Part shown: positions 27,177 to 32,000 of the stretch, one piece after another
Layout of the letters: each line of letters starts with the position of its first letter
Numbering within the stretch: position 1 is the first letter of the stretch
NCBI RefSeq assembly: GCF_000015145.1
Contig: NC_008818.1
Coordinates: forward strand, 630,001-662,000
DNA: 32,000 nt
Reading direction: 5' to 3'
Source of the DNA: Hyperthermus butylicus DSM 5456
Lineage (GTDB): Archaea; Thermoproteota; Thermoprotei_A; Sulfolobales; Pyrodictiaceae
Program-made: the position numbers and the translations under genes
Notes under the pieces: generated by a model
What the model was told of the DNA's origin: nothing
Database searches by the model: none
What the model saw: the letters and a program-made list of their open reading frames with translations, nothing else

Positions 27177-28176
27177 ATGAGGATTCATAAACTTTTGGAG
27201 GGATTCATCTGGGGAGGTATTTCGATTAAGCCGGAGGGTAAGTTGCTCGATACAGTTCATATAAATGTGAATGCAACGAGGCACCGCCTAGATGTCGAGC
27301 TTAAGGCCCAGCTAGATGAAGTGGGAGGGAATTCGTGTCTGTGGCTTAACGAGGGCTTCACTCTAAAAGGACTCCAATGCGATAATGAATGTAAAGTGGG
27401 GGAGAAGAGAGATCCCCATATGGGTATCATAAAAACTGAACTGTATTGTAGCTAAGGACTCGGGTAATATCGAGATCCGCTATAGTGGGGTTGCCCGCCA
27501 GCTAGTGAAGGGTTTATGGGGGAGCATTAACGGGTCACACTTGCTAAGAGCTCAGACCTTATGGTATCCATACACTGCTTCCCCGAGGAACCTATTATGG
27601 CCACTGATAAGGGGAAGGCATAGACATGTAAGTCTCTGCGTTAGAGTGTTTGAGGGGCTTCAAGCCGTCTCCTCGCTCGGCCTAGAAAGGCAATCTGGCA
27701 GCACTGTTTGCTGGGAGGGGAGTGAGGCTAGTCCGGTGGATCTAGTTATTGCCAGGTTTAGGGAGGAGAGCGAGGATGTGTTTGCAAATATACACTTAAA
27801 GGCTTACAGTGTCGTGGATGGCGGAGCATCCTCCTCCCTCCGTGCCGTAGTAACAGCGTTAGAAGCATATGAGAGTCTAGGTCTCCCCCTCGACATTATA
27901 GACCGTTTGAATATTGTTGTTATTGGGGGGAGTGGAGGCTTCCAAGTAGACCATCTCATCTCACTTGACGTGGAACACCTAGCAAACAATATCGTACTCC
28001 TGGCAAACACCCTCCACGAGCTAGCCCACATATGGATAAGCTCAACCCTCAAGCCGGAGCGACCTGAAGACCTCTGGCTCTCGGAGGCACTCCCAGACTT
28101 CCTAATGGTCAGAGCACTGCAGACACTAGGATACAGCGAGACAGCACAGCGGATAATATCTAAAAACAGTACATAA
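27177..28176 (+). pseudogene. Gluzincin/M1-like metallopeptidase remnant or rapidly evolving homolog
   Basis: Two ORFs (27177-27455, 27505-28176). The second has NNIVLLANTLHELAHIWISSTLKPERPEDLWLSEALPDFLMVRALQTLG (HExxH plus downstream E). The split ORF structure suggests decay. Confidence 0.45.
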
Positions 28177-28386
28177 AGCTGAAAAGGCGAGAAGCATCCT
28201 CTACCGCCCACCCACGAGAATACACGTACCACTAATCCCGAGCAAAGCGGAGATAGTTAGAAGCATCGGGACAGCACTCCTATATGAGGCATCGTTCCAG
28301 CGGTTGATGGTAAGCTGGGCAAATGCCTGCCTATTTATACTGCTATACTGCTAGGATAGACCCCCGAGACAGCGAGTTCAACAGCT

Positions 28387-28887
28387 CTATGATTTTAGCT
28401 TCTCTTCAACCTCTTCTACCAGCTTCTGTATCCTCCTAAGAGCCTCCTCTACATGCCTTTTGGTGCACCAGCCCTCGTAGAAGCATACATGCATCCCGGT
28501 GGCAGCCATCCATGAGTCGTAAACCCATTCACCTAGCTCATCCATCATCTTCCTAGAATACTCCCATAGCTCCCCATGACTAGTAAGCCTCCTCCCTTCT
28601 TTCCACTCAGCATAGGCCTTAACAGCCAGCGCTGCAGCACCCCAAGCCTTCTCCGCAGCCTGCCGGACATCACCCCTACCTAGCTCCTCCCGCGCCTGAT
28701 CTAATAAGTCGTGAGCAGCCTCGACATACTCTCTGGCTCTCTCCGTCGGGTCAAGATCCCTTAGGACAAGCTCCAGCACATACTCCTCGAAGCTGAGGCC
28801 TAGCCTCCTAGCCTCCCTCTCAAGCCTCTCCACCACGCTACGGGGAAGCCTAACAGCCGCAACATCAGTCATACCCATAGCCTCCAA
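28387..28887 (-). CDS. PaREP1/HEPN-like protein with N-terminal RHH-like segment
   Basis: 166-aa ORF: AVRLPRSVVERLEREARRLGLSFEEYVLELVLRDLDPTERAREYVEAAHDLLDQAREELGRGDVRQAAEKAWGAAALAVKAYAEWKEGRRL. Confidence 0.7.
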   Translation of the reverse strand: MEAMGMTDVAAVRLPRSVVERLEREARRLGLSFEEYVLELVLRDLDPTERAREYVEAAHDLLDQAREELGRGDVRQAAEKAWGAAALAVKAYAEWKEGRRLTSHGELWEYSRKMMDELGEWVYDSWMAATGMHVCFYEGWCTKRHVEEALRRIQKLVEEVEEKLKS

Positions 28888-28941
28888 GGAGTAAACATGG
28901 GAGGATTCACCTAATTAAATTAAGCCAGAAACCCTGGTGAC

Positions 28942-29019
28942 GAGCCCGCCACGGGCTCCGAGAACCTGGGACCTCCGGCCCCGGAGGCTGGCGCTCTGTC
29001 CTGGCTGGGCTACGGGCTC
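28942..29019 (-). tRNA. Degenerate tRNA-Arg(CCG)-like sequence (probable pseudo-tRNA)
   Basis: Minus strand GAGCCCG-TA-GCCC-AGCCAGGACA-GAGC-G-CCAGC-CTCCGGG-GCCGG-AGGTC-CCAGG-TTCTCGGAGCC-CGTGG-CGGGCTC. The acceptor stem is perfect and the anticodon loop reads CCG. D, anticodon and T stems each have a mismatch, and the T loop is 11 nt instead of 7. Confidence 0.6.
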
Positions 29020-29100
29020 ATCCTAGTTGGGTTCGAGGCTTGCCGTGATATATGACAGTACGTCTTGTTTATGGGGGTAGTGGTTGGTGCTTCAGGCTAG

Positions 29101-29898
29101 CTAGTTGTTTACTGCTTGTGTGGTTATACTGTTCAGTGTTTCTTCGATAAGCTTGGTGTATTCTCCTAGCAGGTGCCAGGGCCTCACTTTTCCCTGCTGG
29201 TACTGTCTCGCTATGTGTGATAGGTTATCAAGTGGTTTTCGTAGCTTTTTGCTGCACTGCCTGGCTAGTGGTGGTTGTTGTCTCAGTGCTATCCAGACTG
29301 TTGATGCTTTGAGTGTGTTGAATATGTCTTCGCTGGTTGTGCAGGGCAGCTCGCCGCCGTAGGTTCGCAGCCAGTATGCCTGGAGGCCGTATAGGTGTCG
29401 TGTTAGGCTGCGCTTCTTCATCTCAATGTGTACCTCCAGGTCTTTGAGGGCGGTGGCGGCGGTGTATGCTGCCAAGAGGCTGCCCGTTACGGGTACGAGG
29501 TAGTACTCGGGGGAGCCGTGGAGGACTGCGTGGATGGCCTCGTGGACGATGAGCGCTTCGGCCTCGGGTTTTGGCAGGCCGTAGACCCCTTCCGCGAGGG
29601 CGACGTGTATCCTGGGCACGCCGGTCCAAGCCTCGTGGGCTACTGGGTAGTCGGCTGCAACTAGGACCCCTTCCCTCTCCTCCTCGCGGCTGAGAGCGGC
29701 CCTTAGGAGGCTCAGGCTGCTGTAGACGTGTAGCTCCACGTAGCCCGGTCCGCCTCCCCTGCCATAGGCCTCGTCTAGGAGGCCTAGGAGCCACTCGACA
29801 GCCGGGCTGCCGACCGCGCCGTGGGTAAATACTGCGGCTACGGTATCGGCTACCCTGCGCTTACACGCGAACCCCGTGGAGCCGAGGCTGGAGGTCAA
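29101..29898 (-). CDS. Hypothetical protein with HExxH (putative metalloprotease-like)
   Basis: 265-aa ORF with EAEALIVHEAIHAVLHGSPEYYLVPVTGSLLAAYTAATAL; co-directional with nadX, 28 nt gap. Confidence 0.6.
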   Translation of the reverse strand: MTSSLGSTGFACKRRVADTVAAVFTHGAVGSPAVEWLLGLLDEAYGRGGGPGYVELHVYSSLSLLRAALSREEEREGVLVAADYPVAHEAWTGVPRIHVALAEGVYGLPKPEAEALIVHEAIHAVLHGSPEYYLVPVTGSLLAAYTAATALKDLEVHIEMKKRSLTRHLYGLQAYWLRTYGGELPCTTSEDIFNTLKASTVWIALRQQPPLARQCSKKLRKPLDNLSHIARQYQQGKVRPWHLLGEYTKLIEETLNSITTQAVNN

Positions 29899-29926
29899 CG
29901 GGCTGTACCACCACGCCTACGGCCCG

Positions 29927-30736
29927 CTATGCTATCCACAGCCTCTCGTCTGCTAGGCGTTTTAGGAGCGCTATGGCGGATAGTGCTGCTAGATAGCTTG
30001 TCCGGGGGTTCATGGGGCTCGGGGTGTTTTCGACGCGTATGGTGAGCTTTGAAGCCTCAGAATCCACGTGTATTTCGTGTATGTTCCTCTCCACGGTGGG
30101 ATCGGCAACTATCTCAACAGTAGCCTCCTTCTTTGCCGCTAGGGAGAGTGCAGCGGCGACATTCACGTTTGCCGGGAAGTACTTGACGGCTTCGCTGGCG
30201 GGGCCCACGTATATCGTTGTCGGCTCCCTAGTCTCGTCCAGGTTTATCCCCTTCTCCCTAACGTACGGTGCGTCCTTAAGCGCTCTAGGCGGTTTCCTGG
30301 TGACTAGCCGCACAGACCTTATCCCGTTCAGCGACAGCGCGTAGACAGCATCGAGGCCTGCTATGGCGCCGGACGGTGTGTATATGTGGCGTCTCTTCCG
30401 GCGCGCGGCCTCCACGAGTTTTGCCAGGAGGTCCCGGTCCATTAGCGCCCCGACACTGAGCACTATGAGGTCGGCGCCAGACTCTAGAACTCGGAGGCCA
30501 TACTCTCTCACGGCCTGCTGGCTCGCCGCCTCGACAACGACGTCTGGCTTCGACCCGAGCAGCTCTTCGAAGCATGAAGCGATGCGTGGCTTGAACCTCT
30601 TCAGCTCACTGGCTAGCTTCTCGCAGCGCTCCCTAGCAACGTCGTAGAGGGCTACCAGCTCCGCGTTCTCCACGACACCCTCATCCACTGCCTTGGCGAG
30701 TACTGTGCCTATGTTGCCGCATCCTATGACTGCTAC
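29927..30736 (-). CDS. nadX: L-aspartate dehydrogenase (NadX)
   Basis: Track ORF starts at 30688, but in-frame translation extends upstream as VAVIGCGNIGTVLAKAVDEG (Rossmann GxGxxG). Internal GADLIVLSVGALMDRDLLAKLVEAARRKRRHIYTPSGAIAGLDAVYAL...KYFPANVNVAAALSLA. True start is slightly beyond 30736. Confidence 0.9.
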   Translation of the reverse strand, partial: VAVIGCGNIGTVLAKAVDEGVVENAELVALYDVARERCEKLASELKRFKPRIASCFEELLGSKPDVVVEAASQQAVREYGLRVLESGADLIVLSVGALMDRDLLAKLVEAARRKRRHIYTPSGAIAGLDAVYALSLNGIRSVRLVTRKPPRALKDAPYVREKGINLDETREPTTIYVGPASEAVKYFPANVNVAAALSLAAKKEATVEIVADPTVERNIHEIHVDSEASKLTIRVENTPSPMNPRTSYLAALSAIALLKRLADERLWIA

Positions 30737-31623
30737 GCGGAGCGTAGCTCCCTCACCTCTACAACCCGTAGGCTTAGGTCTACACGCACCGGGCTCATGG
30801 TCAGCATGCTCGAGCTAATAATGTCAACTCCGGTGGCAGCGTAGTCAGCCACGTTGGACAGGTCTATCCCACCACTGGCCTCTATGAGTACGCGGTCCCG
30901 GAGCCCCCTCCTACCCAGCTCCCCCACTATCTCCGCGACCACTTCGGGGGGCTGATTGTCGATCATCACGATATCGGCGCCAGCCTCTATGGCCTCTACA
31001 GCCTCCTCGAGGCTAGAGACCTCCACCTCGACGCGATGTGCGAAGCTCGTCCTAGCCTTGGCCCGTCGTACAGCCTCTGCCACGCTGCCGGCTATGCGTA
31101 CGTGGTTGTCCTTGACTAGCACGGCGTCGCTAAGGGATAACCTGTGGGTATCGCCGCCGCCAACTGCGACAGCACACTTGGCAAAGTAGCGTAGGCCGGG
31201 CGGAGTCTTCCTAGTTGCCGCGATCCTTACGCGGGGGTTTATACGGTGGGCAGCCTCGACCATCATCCTGGTTGTAGTAGCTACACTAAACGTGTATATG
31301 AGGAGGTTTAGCAGGGTACGCTCGAAGAGTAGTATCCGTCTAGCCTCGCCAGCAACCTCCAGAACCCCCCTTGGCGGCTCGACCCAGGCAGCTTCCTCAA
31401 CAAGCGGCTTGGCATTGAAGCCTAGTATGCGTAGGGCCTCCACAACTGGCTCTAGGCAGGCGGGCACAGCCCGAGACTTGAGCACGACGACTGCACGAGC
31501 CCAGAGCCCGCGGGGTACCGTGTAGCCCGTAGTCAGGTCGCCGAAGGGCGCGTCCTCCTCAACCCATTCAAGCAGCTTTTCCGCAACGGTGTAGGGGTCG
31601 AGGAACAACCCAGCCACCCACAA
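30733..31623 (-). CDS. nadC: Nicotinate-nucleotide (quinolinate) phosphoribosyltransferase
   Basis: 296-aa ORF: RIAATRKTPPGLRYFAKCAVAVGGGDTHRLSLSDAVLVKDNHV ... EVEVSSLEEAVEAIEAGADIVMIDN ... IEASGGIDLSNVADYAATGVDIISSS. Confidence 0.96.
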   Translation of the reverse strand: MWVAGLFLDPYTVAEKLLEWVEEDAPFGDLTTGYTVPRGLWARAVVVLKSRAVPACLEPVVEALRILGFNAKPLVEEAAWVEPPRGVLEVAGEARRILLFERTLLNLLIYTFSVATTTRMMVEAAHRINPRVRIAATRKTPPGLRYFAKCAVAVGGGDTHRLSLSDAVLVKDNHVRIAGSVAEAVRRAKARTSFAHRVEVEVSSLEEAVEAIEAGADIVMIDNQPPEVVAEIVGELGRRGLRDRVLIEASGGIDLSNVADYAATGVDIISSSMLTMSPVRVDLSLRVVEVRELRSA

Positions 31624-31625
31624 GG

Positions 31626-32000
31626 CTACCTTACCATCTCCAGGGAGCGCTCAAGGATTTCGCGGACGCGCCTCGCAATTGGCTCTGGTACGACTACCCT
31701 GGGCTTCAGCGTCTCTAGGGAGTAGAGTATCTTTAGCGGCGTAATCTTCTTCATGTTTATGCAGACGGCTCTGGGGTTGGCGGGTACTATCTTCTTGTCG
31801 GGGTAGAGCCTCCTGGCGCGGTGGACTAGACCCTCCTCGGTACCGATAATGTATACCTCGGCTTCGACCTCGCCTATCCTGCGGAGCATCTGGCTAGTAC
31901 TCCCAACGTAGTCCGCCATGAGTCGGACGGGCCTGGGGGTCTCCGGGTGCACCATCAGGTAGCCGCGGGGATACTGTTCACGCACCTTCCTGACATAGTA
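31626..32000 (-). CDS. nadA: Quinolinate synthase A (C-terminal part; runs off the window)
   Basis: YPRGYLMVHPETPRPVRLMADYVGSTSQMLRRI...YIIGTEEGLVHRARRLYPDKKIVPANPRAVCINMKKITPLKILYSLE. Confidence 0.93.
   Translation of the reverse strand, partial: YYVRKVREQYPRGYLMVHPETPRPVRLMADYVGSTSQMLRRIGEVEAEVYIIGTEEGLVHRARRLYPDKKIVPANPRAVCINMKKITPLKILYSLETLKPRVVVPEPIARRVREILERSLEMVR

Noticed and set aside
1-32000. Transposases, integrases or prophage structural genes
   Set aside because: Scanned the supplied translations for DDE, tyrosine recombinase and serine recombinase patterns and found none convincing; no mobile_element feature is claimed.

Overview
This is a crenarchaeal-type (Desulfurococcales/Pyrodictiaceae-like, inferred only) chromosomal window. 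Left end: a CRISPR adaptation module (cas2 divergent from a Csa1-type cas4 and cas1), then one large CRISPR array of 49 repeats (25 bp, GAACAACTCAAAAGAGAATTGCAAG) at about 2553-5859. Both terminal repeats at the cas1-distal end are degenerate, so the leader lies on the cas1 side. No interference/effector genes are visible. Next come a HerA-like ATPase, a fragmented NurA-like nuclease, and a CARF+wHTH regulator (Csa3-like) that needs two -1 shifts at CCCC runs. Housekeeping blocks follow: PUA/PAPS-reductase-like/ferredoxin protein, RNase Z, PRPP synthetase, SIS protein, four-subunit 2-oxoacid:ferredoxin oxidoreductase, and nadX-nadC-nadA. These are separated by an accessory zone with several VapBC-like loci and clearly frameshifted genes (nucleoside phosphorylase, two PIN toxins, a methyltransferase, a gluzincin-like protein). 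A degenerate tRNA-Arg(CCG)-like sequence lies at 28942-29019. Main leads: (1) a spacer carrying a sequence that looks like a different archaeal CRISPR repeat; (2) repeat-end motifs and hairpins in the leader; (3) CRISPR-adjacent HerA/NurA-like genes beside a disrupted Csa3; (4) a GC-rich structured-RNA candidate at about 18272-18393; (5) a 22-bp exact intergenic direct repeat around RHH genes; (6) the pseudo-tRNA.
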